A stretch of DNA of 64,000 bases from a virus. Each line of letters begins with the position of its first letter. The stretch's first letter is position 1. A model generated the notes under the pieces. That model saw only the letters and a list, made by a program, of their open reading frames with translations, was not told the DNA's origin and did not search any database. Made by a program: the position numbers and the translations under genes. Where the stretch lies: positions 54,974 to 118,973 of IMG/VR virus record IMGVR_UViG_3300023174_000079; one strand, 5' to 3'. Of this stretch, positions 39,390 to 48,959 are shown piece after piece.

Positions 39390-39977
39390 ATGATTATTAA
39401 CGTACCTATCTACGACGGCGACCTCATTCACTCACGCTTTGCATATAAGCATTTTCGTAAGAATACCCTCCCTATTGGTAATATTGTAGCGTTTAGAGCT
39501 CCTATGAAGGTTGAGGCTGAGGGAATGGTCGATAATGAAGATATTCTTAATGCTGATTACATCTACAGTGACGATGCAATTAACTTCTGCTGGGAAATTC
39601 CTAACCTTGATCCGTTTGGAGCTGTAGCGTTTCAGCGCTTACTCAATACGCAGATTGCTAATATTCTTAGTGCTAAGTATCTTCATGCTCCTATTGAGGT
39701 TGACGGTGATGATCTTATGGTTCATAAGGAGCATAATCAAGGCGGTGTTACGCAGATGAAAGGTAAGTGCAGTGTTAGCATTACATATTCAAAGAACGGA
39801 GTCGCTCTAGGTCACACCGGTATTAATATTGAAGCTGGAAAGAAGGCACCTGCTTTTGCTTTTTCTACTAGACTTGGCGAAGAAGAAGCTCAGCAGTTTA
39901 TGAAAGATATTATTGAGGTATTTTACGCGATGGTCGAGGATATTTTCCTTGCAACCTGCAAGCTCACACTAGCATAA
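39390..39977 (+). CDS. DUF366-family protein (lipoate/biotin-ligase-like fold)
   Basis: YDG, IVAFRAP, MVDNED, QRLL, GDDL, KCSVSI, HTGINI pattern; own TTGATA-16-TATCAT-6-ATG promoter. Confidence 0.7.
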   Translation: MIINVPIYDGDLIHSRFAYKHFRKNTLPIGNIVAFRAPMKVEAEGMVDNEDILNADYIYSDDAINFCWEIPNLDPFGAVAFQRLLNTQIANILSAKYLHAPIEVDGDDLMVHKEHNQGGVTQMKGKCSVSITYSKNGVALGHTGINIEAGKKAPAFAFSTRLGEEEAQQFMKDIIEVFYAMVEDIFLATCKLTLA

Positions 39978-40021
39978 TACTAAACTTAAAAAATATCATC
40001 ATTCATAGTGTAAATAATATT

Positions 40022-40912
40022 GTGAATGATGATTATTACGGTTTTATATATCTTTGGGAAAACACACATCCAGGAGCAAAAATACACAAAAAATATATTG
40101 GTCAACATATAGGCGCTGTTGATGACGGATATATTGGGTCAGGTGCTATCTTTATAAAAAGATTTTATAGTAAAAAATATAGAGGGTGTTGGAAAAGAGA
40201 AATATTACAATACTGCAATGATCTAGAAGCATTAAATGCTGCCGAAAAAAGCTGGATAGCAGCAAGTAATGCGCTAGTTGATCCGATATACTGCAATATA
40301 AGAGAAGGAGGTAAAAACGGTAAATTAGGTAAACATACACGTAAGAAACTATCAGAGAGTTTAAAGGGTAGATCAGCATGGAATAAAGGTAAAAAGGGTG
40401 AATATAAACAAAGTCAACAGGCGATTTTGAATCGTATTAATACACGAACATATAACATGTCGAAATTATATGAAAAAGATAATAAGCAGATTCTAAAATA
40501 TCTCAAACAAAATGGATGGGTAAAAGCTACTGAGATATCAAAAATTCTTAATAGAAGTTGCTCTGCCTCTGTCTATAAAAAGCGAATTAAAATACTAATA
40601 GAGCAAAATAAAATAAAGATGTATAGTTTTGGATATAATGATATACGGTATGTTCAACCGAATTTTTCTTTTGAAAATATTATTATAAATTTAATAACTG
40701 AAAATAAAAAACAAACCGCGAGAGATATTTGTAATAAACTATGTACACAATTTAATATTAATAATGGAAAATATAAAGTACAGAGTATATTGCAACAATT
40801 GCAGAAGCAAAATAAAATTAAACAATACAGAGGTTATCGCAAAAATTATTACTGTTTAATTGATAACAATATAGCTGGCAATTATACTAATATAAAATAT
40901 GACAATTTTTGA
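40022..40912 (+). CDS. GIY-YIG homing endonuclease with NUMOD3-like motif
   Basis: YGFIYLWEN..KYIGQH, YIGSG, YCNIREGG, KKLSESLKGRSAWNKG; TAAATA-5-GTG. Confidence 0.85.
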   Translation: MNDDYYGFIYLWENTHPGAKIHKKYIGQHIGAVDDGYIGSGAIFIKRFYSKKYRGCWKREILQYCNDLEALNAAEKSWIAASNALVDPIYCNIREGGKNGKLGKHTRKKLSESLKGRSAWNKGKKGEYKQSQQAILNRINTRTYNMSKLYEKDNKQILKYLKQNGWVKATEISKILNRSCSASVYKKRIKILIEQNKIKMYSFGYNDIRYVQPNFSFENIIINLITENKKQTARDICNKLCTQFNINNGKYKVQSILQQLQKQNKIKQYRGYRKNYYCLIDNNIAGNYTNIKYDNF

Positions 40913-41270
40913 TTTTATATCAAGTGTTCTTTTTACAAAAGAAAAGACTTGTCTAAATTCAGTTGATGAGGAGGGTAATTTCTCTCCATATATGCTTAAC
41001 AGGTGGTGTAGTATGTATTCGAAAACAACTGCAACATTTAGCAATTTACTGAACAGATATATTGGTATCTTTGAAGATAAAAAGGATCTTTATAGTTTAT
41101 TTGTAGCTGTTATGCCTAAAGTTTCATCAAAACGAATTTCTTATATTAAGAAAATTAAAGAAGAAAAAAAGGAAGAAAATAGCGATATTGGAATGCTTGC
41201 GAATAATTTAGAACTCTCAGAGAGGGAAATTAAACAATATATTGCATTTTCTGAAACTCTGTCTAATTAA
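40899..41270 (+). CDS. 62: Clamp-loader small subunit (gp62-like)
   Basis: FDFISSV..K, FSPYMLNRWCS, YIKK, LSEREIKQY. Confidence 0.75.
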   Translation: MTIFDFISSVLFTKEKTCLNSVDEEGNFSPYMLNRWCSMYSKTTATFSNLLNRYIGIFEDKKDLYSLFVAVMPKVSSKRISYIKKIKEEKKEENSDIGMLANNLELSEREIKQYIAFSETLSN

Positions 41271-41276
41271 ACGTAT

Positions 41277-41744
41277 ATGGTAGCCGATATTGACATGCTT
41301 GGTCCTCTCCCGAAAAGCTTAATTGACTTTTCTTCACTCCCTAAAAATTCATTTAACTCTGTTTTTTACGGTTATAACTTAAAGCAAGTACTCGATGATA
41401 TTCTTCTTTGTACATTTGTCGATGAAACAGAAGATGGTTCAAGTATTATTCGCAACGGATTACATGTCCCTGTTAATACAGACACAAAGGCATGGCGAAT
41501 TGGCGAGGTAATTCTCGCTGGCCCTAATGTTCGTTATGCTAAGGTTGGAGATTTTGTTTGTTTTCCAAACAATCTCGGCGTACCAGTTGCTAATATCGAT
41601 ATCGATAACTACGGTACTCTTAGGAAAGGTATTTTCTTAAACGAGCAGCGTATCTTTGGTATTTGTTCACTAAGAGGAGATGATAATGAAAGCGTCGCTG
41701 CCAACCTTAAAAAGCCTACTACTAAACAACGTCGTCGAGATTAA
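41277..41744 (+). CDS. GroES-like co-chaperonin
   Basis: DDILL, GLHVP, GEVILAGP..KVGDFVCFP, FLNEQRIFG. Confidence 0.75.
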   Translation: MVADIDMLGPLPKSLIDFSSLPKNSFNSVFYGYNLKQVLDDILLCTFVDETEDGSSIIRNGLHVPVNTDTKAWRIGEVILAGPNVRYAKVGDFVCFPNNLGVPVANIDIDNYGTLRKGIFLNEQRIFGICSLRGDDNESVAANLKKPTTKQRRRD

Positions 41745-42063
41745 ATTTAATCGACGTCGCCCAAAGGCTGGCGCTGGGTTAACTCGACGCATGCTCTGTA
41801 CTAATTCGCTTACCCTACTTAATAGTCCAGAAGGTAGGCTAGCGCTTAATTATAAACGTGCTATTAATATGCCTAAATTTGACCCTAATGCTAAAGATCT
41901 TATTATTACCTGGGATATCTTTATGCAGGACTATAGGTGTATTAATATGATAGCTTGTGATCTAATACAAGTTATACCAGCTAATAAAACGTTTTGGACA
42001 TTTTTTAACGAAAAGCTTGCTGGACTTTCGGCTCCACAAAAGGTGAGCTTCATGAACTCATGA
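41686..42063 (+). CDS. SH3/WYL-like protein (DUF2693-like)
   Basis: VVEIKF......RRMLCT...ITWDI....YRCI. Confidence 0.6.
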   Translation: MKASLPTLKSLLLNNVVEIKFNRRRPKAGAGLTRRMLCTNSLTLLNSPEGRLALNYKRAINMPKFDPNAKDLIITWDIFMQDYRCINMIACDLIQVIPANKTFWTFFNEKLAGLSAPQKVSFMNS

Positions 42064-42407
42064 CATCAGTAGAAGAAATTGAACAAATAATTAAACCATT
42101 CCTTCTACTGAAGGCAACGTTTACTATTGATAATAAAGTTATCAAACAGGGTAAGTTACAGCTTTTTTGTATAAAGGATTTCTTCTGCACTTTTACTCTT
42201 CTCGGAATAGAGAAAGAAAATAAGAAAGTAATTTATGAGCTTCCGTATCCATTCTCTATTAAGTGTAATACTAATAGTATAGAGTTTGACTATACGCTTG
42301 AATCTTTTTGTATATCAAATAACGCTATAAAGGAACTAACAGATAAAGTTAAACTAAACAAGACATCAAAATTTTTTAATAAAAAAGTCATTGCTAACTT
42401 TAGTTAG
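42060..42407 (+). CDS. Hypothetical protein
   Basis: 115-aa ORF coupled by an ATGA overlap. Confidence 0.65.
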   Translation: MTSVEEIEQIIKPFLLLKATFTIDNKVIKQGKLQLFCIKDFFCTFTLLGIEKENKKVIYELPYPFSIKCNTNSIEFDYTLESFCISNNAIKELTDKVKLNKTSKFFNKKVIANFS

Positions 42408-42424
42408 GCGCGTATACTATACTA

Positions 42425-44056
42425 GTGGCTGTAAGTTTAATATCACAATTTCCTATTAGTTTTACCCCGAGCAAGCTTCAAATCGACGTAATTAATCGAA
42501 TTGAAAAGGCATTTAATACTGGTAAAAAGTTTGTTGTCTGCTGTGCTCCGACAGGATCAGGTAAGAGCTTTATTGCTAAAACACTAGCTAATGCTAGTAC
42601 TATGCCGAGTAAAACATTTGAGCAATTAATTCGTAGTTATGATGCTTATAAAATGGATTTTGATGGTAATTATTCTTATGAACAGGAATGTAAGGACGAA
42701 CCTGCTTTTGGTACATTTGCTCTAACCATAACAAAATCTCTTCAAGATCAATATCAAGAGCTTTTTAATGATACTAATTTACTTAAAGGCAAAACAAACT
42801 ATGTCTGCGATGTTGATAAGAATTACGACGCCGAACTAGCACCCTGTACATTTGCACCTACATTGAGGGATAACTGCTGGGCTGAAAATAGATGCCCATA
42901 CTACAACGCACGCAATGAAGCAATGTTAGCAAACTTTGCTGCTCTTAATTATAAGATGTTTTTATCTCTCCCATCTCATATCAAGCAAAAAAACTTTTTA
43001 ATTTGCGATGAAGCTTCTGAGCTCGAAGACGAACTCATTCGACAGTTTTCTGCTGAAATTAATTATGAGAAACTTGACAATTATAATATATCCTGTGATA
43101 TACTAGTTACAGATAATCGTGACAGAGCTTATAATTGGATAGGTGTTCTTCTAGAAAATATTACAAACGAACTAACAGCATTTCTAAATAAAGCTAATAA
43201 AAAACAAAATTTAATACCACAGTCTGAAAAAATAAAATATCAGTTCTTAAAAAACATGCATAGGTCACTGACTATTATTAGTACCCACTGGCATGAGTGT
43301 GAGTTTGTTATCGACATTGACTCAAAGCGTGTTATCTTAACTCCTCTCCATGCTAATACACTTTCGAAGTATATTTTTAATCACGGTGAAAAAGTTGTGC
43401 TTATGTCTGCAACAATCATCGATCATAAGCATTTTGCAAAGTCTCTAGGTATTACAGATTACGAATATGTTGAGGTTGATAGTACATTTGATCCTGCTAA
43501 GTCTCCAATTTATATCTCCTCTAAATATAAGCTTAACTATAAAACCTTAAATAATGCTCTACCAGGGATATGTGAGCAAATAAGGACAATTATAGATCAT
43601 CATAAAACTGATAAAGGAATTATTCATACTCACTCGAATGATATTACATCGTTTATTAAGGATAGATTAAAGAGCAATAAAAGACTTCTCTGTAGAGATA
43701 CTAATAATACAAACGAAGAGATTTTAAAAATTCATAGTGAGAGTGTTGAACCTACTATTCTCGTATCACCGTCGCTTGTCTATGGTATTGATCTTAAGGA
43801 TGATCTTGCGAGATTTCAAATTATCGTTAAATTACCCTTCCTACCGCTTTCATCAAAGCGGATCAAAAGGTTATTTGATTTAGACAGCGCTTGGTATGAA
43901 AATAAGATGCTTAACGCCGTTGTTCAGGCATCAGGCCGAGCTACACGTAATAAGGACGATTATTCTAGTACGTATATTTTAGATGGAAACTTTATAAACG
44001 TAGCAAAAAGAGCGAAGGGTAAGCTACCAAAATATTTTATCGACCGTATTCATTAA
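42425..44056 (+). CDS. DinG/XPD-family helicase
   Basis: APTGSGKS, KGKTNYVC...C...C..CPY (Fe-S region), DEA, MSAT, GIDL, KLPF, QASGRATR..DD. Confidence 0.9.
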   Translation: MAVSLISQFPISFTPSKLQIDVINRIEKAFNTGKKFVVCCAPTGSGKSFIAKTLANASTMPSKTFEQLIRSYDAYKMDFDGNYSYEQECKDEPAFGTFALTITKSLQDQYQELFNDTNLLKGKTNYVCDVDKNYDAELAPCTFAPTLRDNCWAENRCPYYNARNEAMLANFAALNYKMFLSLPSHIKQKNFLICDEASELEDELIRQFSAEINYEKLDNYNISCDILVTDNRDRAYNWIGVLLENITNELTAFLNKANKKQNLIPQSEKIKYQFLKNMHRSLTIISTHWHECEFVIDIDSKRVILTPLHANTLSKYIFNHGEKVVLMSATIIDHKHFAKSLGITDYEYVEVDSTFDPAKSPIYISSKYKLNYKTLNNALPGICEQIRTIIDHHKTDKGIIHTHSNDITSFIKDRLKSNKRLLCRDTNNTNEEILKIHSESVEPTILVSPSLVYGIDLKDDLARFQIIVKLPFLPLSSKRIKRLFDLDSAWYENKMLNAVVQASGRATRNKDDYSSTYILDGNFINVAKRAKGKLPKYFIDRIH

Positions 44057-44068
44057 TAAATACTTTAA

Positions 44069-44905
44069 GTGCACCTACAGACTTTTCATTTTGAAATTCG
44101 TGATCTATTAACTCAGTTTGTTACTGCGTTTGATGATATTATTATTAATAGATACGATAAGAATCGCGTACCTAAAAATAAAGTACAAGTAAGATATGTA
44201 TATGCACCAAAACAGCGTGTTCTTTATGATCTCGTTAATTTAGCGCAAAATATAACAGTACCGGTTGTTTCCGTTAGTATAAGCAATGTTGCAAGAGATG
44301 AGGCACGTGTCTTTAATAAAATAAATGGATATTATTTCCCAAGCGGAACTAGTGATATATCAACAGGTTCAACGTCAGTGCACTATAATAGCCCTGTCCC
44401 TGTTAATATTACCGTTAATATGTCAATTATGACAAAATTTCAAACTGATATGGATCAGATTTTGTCTAACTTTATACCATACAATAATCCCTATATTATT
44501 CTCTCATGGAAAGTTCCAACTGATTTAGTTACAGATGGATTTGCTGTTCCACAGGAAATTAGAAGCGAGGTTTTATGGAGCGGGTCAGTGAGTCTAAATT
44601 ACCCTACTGATATATCAGCGAATGAGAAATATAAAATTGTAGGCGATACTTCATTTACTATCAAAGGCTGGTTATTCCCTGCGACTCAAGACCCTGTCGG
44701 TAATATCTTTTATATCGATAGTAACTTCTACGCTACAAGTCTTCTTACTTCAGTTGCCGAACTCACTGCAAATACTTACACATACCCTGTCAGCACAAAA
44801 CTTGTTACGGAGGTTGAAAGACTATCAACATACGGCTATCCGCAAATTACAAATAATATCACATACACCACATCTAATTCAGAAGCACCAAATCTGTATT
44901 TATAA
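44069..44905 (+). CDS. 15: gp15-like tail terminator/sheath stabiliser
   Basis: IRDLLTQFVTAFDDIII, V.YVYAPKQR, PVPVNI, DMDQILSNFIPY, FTIKGWLF. Confidence 0.8.
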   Translation: MHLQTFHFEIRDLLTQFVTAFDDIIINRYDKNRVPKNKVQVRYVYAPKQRVLYDLVNLAQNITVPVVSVSISNVARDEARVFNKINGYYFPSGTSDISTGSTSVHYNSPVPVNITVNMSIMTKFQTDMDQILSNFIPYNNPYIILSWKVPTDLVTDGFAVPQEIRSEVLWSGSVSLNYPTDISANEKYKIVGDTSFTIKGWLFPATQDPVGNIFYIDSNFYATSLLTSVAELTANTYTYPVSTKLVTEVERLSTYGYPQITNNITYTTSNSEAPNLYL

Positions 44906-44947
44906 TTGATATTCTACTAAATACTCATTAAGTAATTGTGTTGAATT

Positions 44948-46717
44948 ATGGTCGATTCTAATAGAGAAAGTACATTCGGTAGAGAGTTAATGAAGTATGT
45001 TTCATCAAAGCTTCCCTACCAGTCCTATGATATTAACGATAAGATTAAGGCGTTAAATCCAAAATATGAGGATTTTTATGGAAAAGGTACAGATAGAATA
45101 GGAGCTTTAACACGGCAGTCGGTGTCATCGTCTATTGCAATGACCGATGACCAGTACGCAAGCATTCTCCAAAATAAGGATTATCACGATTTTATGTACG
45201 CCAATATCCAACCGGATAAAGGTCGTCGACTCATGGATTATCGTGTTATGGCAGCTTATTCAGAGGTTGCTGATGCGTTGGATGAGATCTGTGACGAATT
45301 TATTAATAAAGATGATCAGGGTGAAATAGTAAAGCTTAACTTTATTGACTCAGGTCTATCTGAGACGCAAAAATCGAAAGTTAAGAAAGAGTTTCAAAAG
45401 TATATCGGTTATTTTGATCTTGAGCATAAAGGATGGGAATATGTTCGACAGATGCTTGTTGACGCCGAAATTTATTGGGAACATATTATTCACAAAAAAT
45501 ATCCAAAGGAGGGTATCTTAGGCGTTGTTGCAATTCCCTCCGATGTAATTGATCCAGTTTTTGAAAACGTTCAAAATATGATCGTTAAGGGCTATCTCTT
45601 ACGTAAGCCTATTTACGATGCAAAAAATCCTGGCAAGGTGGCAAAGACTGAGCTTATTCCGATGGATATAAATCAGGTAACTTATATTAACTCTGGTATC
45701 TGGAATGAGAGCAAGAATTTAAGATTACCGTTTATTGAAAATGCACGTCGTGCTTATCGTCAGTTGAGTCTTATTGAAGACTCTATTGTTATCTATCGTC
45801 TTGTAAGAGCTCCAGAACGTCTTGTATTCAACGTTGATGTTGGCAATATGCCGCCGCCAAAAGCTGAGGCCTATCTCCGTAAGCTTATGACCAATTACTG
45901 GTCAAAGCGGACGTATGATTCTAATCAAAGTGCGACGGTACAGAAATTTAATCCTCAGTCTATGCTTGATAGCTTCTGGTTTGCCAAGCGTGCAGGCTCT
46001 GAAGGAACCTCTGTTACTCAACTTGCAGGAGGTGCAAATCTTGGTGAGTTAACAGATCTTATGTACTTTGTTAAGAAGTTATATAAGTCGCTTAAGGTAC
46101 CGTCAACACGTCTTAATCCTGATGATCCGTATAAGGATGGTGCAGATATTCTTAGAGAAGAGCTTAAGTTTGCACGATTTGTTATCCGTCAGCAACAGCG
46201 TTTTGCTTCAGGTCTTAAGAATGGTTTTATTACCCATCTTAAGTTAAAAGGTATTTACGAAGAAATGCGTCTTAAGGAGACACATATCGATCTCACCTTT
46301 AACGTACCTACAAATTTCTACGAATTACGCGAACAACAAAAGTTTCAGCTTAGAGCTGAGAACTTTAATACTATTACCACAAGCGACTTCATCTCTAAGA
46401 CCTACGCTCAGAAAAAATATCTTGGATGGAACGATTCTGAGGTTATGGCAAATAGAGAATTCTTACGTAAGGATAAAGAACTTATGTGGGAGCTATCGCA
46501 AATTGAAAATACAGGTCCTGACTGGCGGGAGGCTGGATCACTTGTACCTGGAGCCGAAGGCGCAGGCGGTGGTGGTGGAGCTCCCGCCGGTGGTGGAGCC
46601 CCTCCGGCATTTGGACCAGCTCCAACAGGCGGTGAAGAAGCGCCTCCAGAAGCCGGGGCACCTGAAGTTGCAGGTGCAGCTACACCAGCACCAGCCGGTG
46701 AGGCGCCTCCTGCTTAA
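44948..46717 (+). CDS. 20: gp20 portal protein
   Basis: YRVMAAYSEVADALDEI, EDSIVIYRLVRAPERLVFNVDVGNMP, L.GGANLG, REELKFARF. Confidence 0.97.
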   Translation: MVDSNRESTFGRELMKYVSSKLPYQSYDINDKIKALNPKYEDFYGKGTDRIGALTRQSVSSSIAMTDDQYASILQNKDYHDFMYANIQPDKGRRLMDYRVMAAYSEVADALDEICDEFINKDDQGEIVKLNFIDSGLSETQKSKVKKEFQKYIGYFDLEHKGWEYVRQMLVDAEIYWEHIIHKKYPKEGILGVVAIPSDVIDPVFENVQNMIVKGYLLRKPIYDAKNPGKVAKTELIPMDINQVTYINSGIWNESKNLRLPFIENARRAYRQLSLIEDSIVIYRLVRAPERLVFNVDVGNMPPPKAEAYLRKLMTNYWSKRTYDSNQSATVQKFNPQSMLDSFWFAKRAGSEGTSVTQLAGGANLGELTDLMYFVKKLYKSLKVPSTRLNPDDPYKDGADILREELKFARFVIRQQQRFASGLKNGFITHLKLKGIYEEMRLKETHIDLTFNVPTNFYELREQQKFQLRAENFNTITTSDFISKTYAQKKYLGWNDSEVMANREFLRKDKELMWELSQIENTGPDWREAGSLVPGAEGAGGGGGAPAGGGAPPAFGPAPTGGEEAPPEAGAPEVAGAATPAPAGEAPPA

Positions 46718-46728
46718 TAAATACTGTT

Positions 46729-47808
46729 ATGGATTGCTCTGCCGTAACACCAATTTCAGCTTTTCAAAGCTCAAATTTATCTAGTAAAATAAATTCTTTC
46801 AGTCGGCTTGGCGATCGAATTACCCGATCGCTTGGTGCGCCGATGATTAATATCGAAATTCACCAAGATCAGCTATTTGAATTTATCTCACAGGCTTGTG
46901 AAATGTTTACCAAATATGCAGGATATACAGAAGAATATCTTGTTTTTAATTCCGATCTTTATAAAGATGGTGTCGGTATAAAACTCGATGATTTGTTTAG
47001 TATAACGCCTTATTTCAATCGCATCAACGTACCGAGTTCTACAGTATATGCCGCTACTTCAACAATCCCAGGAAGCTTCTTTAGTGCGTCACCAGCTCTT
47101 TCAAGTACATATGCTACGGGTATTTTTCAAAATCAAATTCTCACGACAACAGCTTATCTTAGTGTTATAAACTATAATAGTTCAGTAGCTGGTATCTTCG
47201 CACCATCAAGTAATAGTCAGCAACAAATCGTTAATAGTTTTGACTATGACATCATGGATTACAGAAAAGTCGTTGATATCTTTAATTTTGAAGAGGGTTC
47301 ATCCGATGGTGTTAACACACTCTTTACTATTGAGCAAACTCTCGCACAGCAAACCTATTTCAGTTACGCAATGGGTAACTACGGATTCGATCTTATTAGT
47401 TGGTATACATTAAAGAATTGGCTTGAAGTCAGAGAAAAATTACTCGCCATTAGACGTTCGTTTACGTTTGACCCTCGTACTCAGACCCTAGTCTTTTATC
47501 CACCTCCACGTACACCTGGTTCAGGTAGTAAGTTCTGGGGTACAGTAGCGTGTTATGTTGAGAGACCTCTACGTGACGTTATTAAAGAACAGTGGGTATA
47601 TCAATATGCACTTGCCTTGAGTAAGATAGCGGTAGGTAACGTGAGAGGTAAGTATGGTAATACAGCACTATTTGGCGGTGGTTCGATTAATTACAACGAT
47701 CTATTAAGTCAAGGCTTAGAAGAAAAAAAGAAACTCGAAGACCAACTCTTTACTGGCGCGTCACCAGGAATGGGCGATGCTATGCCTCCTCAATTTTTTG
47801 TAGGATAG
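46729..47808 (+). CDS. 13: gp13-like neck protein
   Basis: RSLGAPMINIEIHQDQ, WVYQYALALSK, GKY....LFGG.SIN. Confidence 0.85.
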   Translation: MDCSAVTPISAFQSSNLSSKINSFSRLGDRITRSLGAPMINIEIHQDQLFEFISQACEMFTKYAGYTEEYLVFNSDLYKDGVGIKLDDLFSITPYFNRINVPSSTVYAATSTIPGSFFSASPALSSTYATGIFQNQILTTTAYLSVINYNSSVAGIFAPSSNSQQQIVNSFDYDIMDYRKVVDIFNFEEGSSDGVNTLFTIEQTLAQQTYFSYAMGNYGFDLISWYTLKNWLEVREKLLAIRRSFTFDPRTQTLVFYPPPRTPGSGSKFWGTVACYVERPLRDVIKEQWVYQYALALSKIAVGNVRGKYGNTALFGGGSINYNDLLSQGLEEKKKLEDQLFTGASPGMGDAMPPQFFVG

Positions 47809-47809
47809 T

Positions 47810-48268
47810 ATGATCCCACTTAACGGTAAGGGTAAGTTTAAGCAGGGTATCTTTAAGCCAAAAAATCAAACAAAATATATCGGCAAAGAAGATCCTGTAT
47901 ACCGTTCAGGCTGGGAGTTAAAATTTTTTAGATGGTGTGATGACAATCCTAATGTTGTTGAGTGGGCATCGGAGGCAATAATTATACCCTACGTTAGTCC
48001 AATTGATCGTAAGGTACATAGGTATTATACGGATGGCGTTGTTGCAATAAAAGAGGGTAATATAATAAAAAAATATATTATTGAGATTAAGCCAAGTGCA
48101 CAAACCGTATTACCTGTAAAGGGTAAAAAACGTATGTCGACAATGATTTACGAGACAGCACGTTATGCTCAGAATCAGGCAAAATGGGATGCCGCTAAAA
48201 AGTGGTGCAATAAATACGGTTACAACTTTTTAATCTTAACAGAAAAAGAGTTAGGTATAGATAAATAA
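47810..48268 (+). CDS. 4: gp4 head-completion protein (TnsA-like nuclease fold)
   Basis: G.FKPKN..KY.G, YRSGWE, WASE...IPY.SP.D..VHRYY.D, IEIKP, N.AKW.AA, ILTEKEL. Confidence 0.93.
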   Translation: MIPLNGKGKFKQGIFKPKNQTKYIGKEDPVYRSGWELKFFRWCDDNPNVVEWASEAIIIPYVSPIDRKVHRYYTDGVVAIKEGNIIKKYIIEIKPSAQTVLPVKGKKRMSTMIYETARYAQNQAKWDAAKKWCNKYGYNFLILTEKELGIDK

Positions 48269-48291
48269 CTATTCGGACAATAAATATCTTT

Positions 48292-48954
48292 ATGTCACTA
48301 CGATTATTAGTTGAAACACCGGCCTCAGAAGAGCAATTCGAGTATATTGAAGAGCAGAAAAATCTTAAAGGTCAATCTGTAATGAAGATTCGTGGCCCTT
48401 ATATGGCTTGCGAAGAGGTTAATAAGAACAAGAGAATCTATACAGAGTCGGATATGGAGCGTGAAGTTAATCGTTACGTCCAAGAAATGGTTATCCCTAA
48501 GCGTGCATTAGGTGAATTAAACCACCCTGCTTCAGCTGAAGTTGATCTCGAAAGAGCATGTCATATGGTTACCTCTTTACGTAAGGATGGTAATATTATC
48601 ATAGGTGAATCAATCGTTCTTTCAACCCCTGTTGGTCAAATTGTTCGTTCGCTTATTAATGATGGCGTTAAAGTCGGCATGTCAAGTCGTGCTCTTGGTC
48701 AGCTTGAAGAGCAATCTGATGGAATTAATCGTGTCAATGAAATGCGTCTTATTGCCGTTGACTGCGTAGCTGATCCAAGCTGTCCTAAAGCTTTCGTTAA
48801 CGGTATTCTTGAATCAAAGCAATTCGTTCTTGGCATGGATGGAAAACTTGAAGAAGTTTATGAATCTCTTGAAAAGAGTATTCGCGGCTTACCTCGCCAT
48901 GATGTCGCTTCATTCTTAAGAGAACAAATTCTTACCTTTCTCTCAAAACTTTAA
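48292..48954 (+). CDS. 21: gp21 prohead protease
   Basis: NKNKRIY, ALGELNHP, GMSSRALG, DCVADPS. Confidence 0.95.
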   Translation: MSLRLLVETPASEEQFEYIEEQKNLKGQSVMKIRGPYMACEEVNKNKRIYTESDMEREVNRYVQEMVIPKRALGELNHPASAEVDLERACHMVTSLRKDGNIIIGESIVLSTPVGQIVRSLINDGVKVGMSSRALGQLEEQSDGINRVNEMRLIAVDCVADPSCPKAFVNGILESKQFVLGMDGKLEEVYESLEKSIRGLPRHDVASFLREQILTFLSKL

Positions 48955-48959
48955 TTAAT

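Noticed and set aside
47810-48268. TnsA-like transposase or mobile element
   Set aside because: The motifs match T4 gp4 head-completion protein, which shares the fold, and it sits in the head module.
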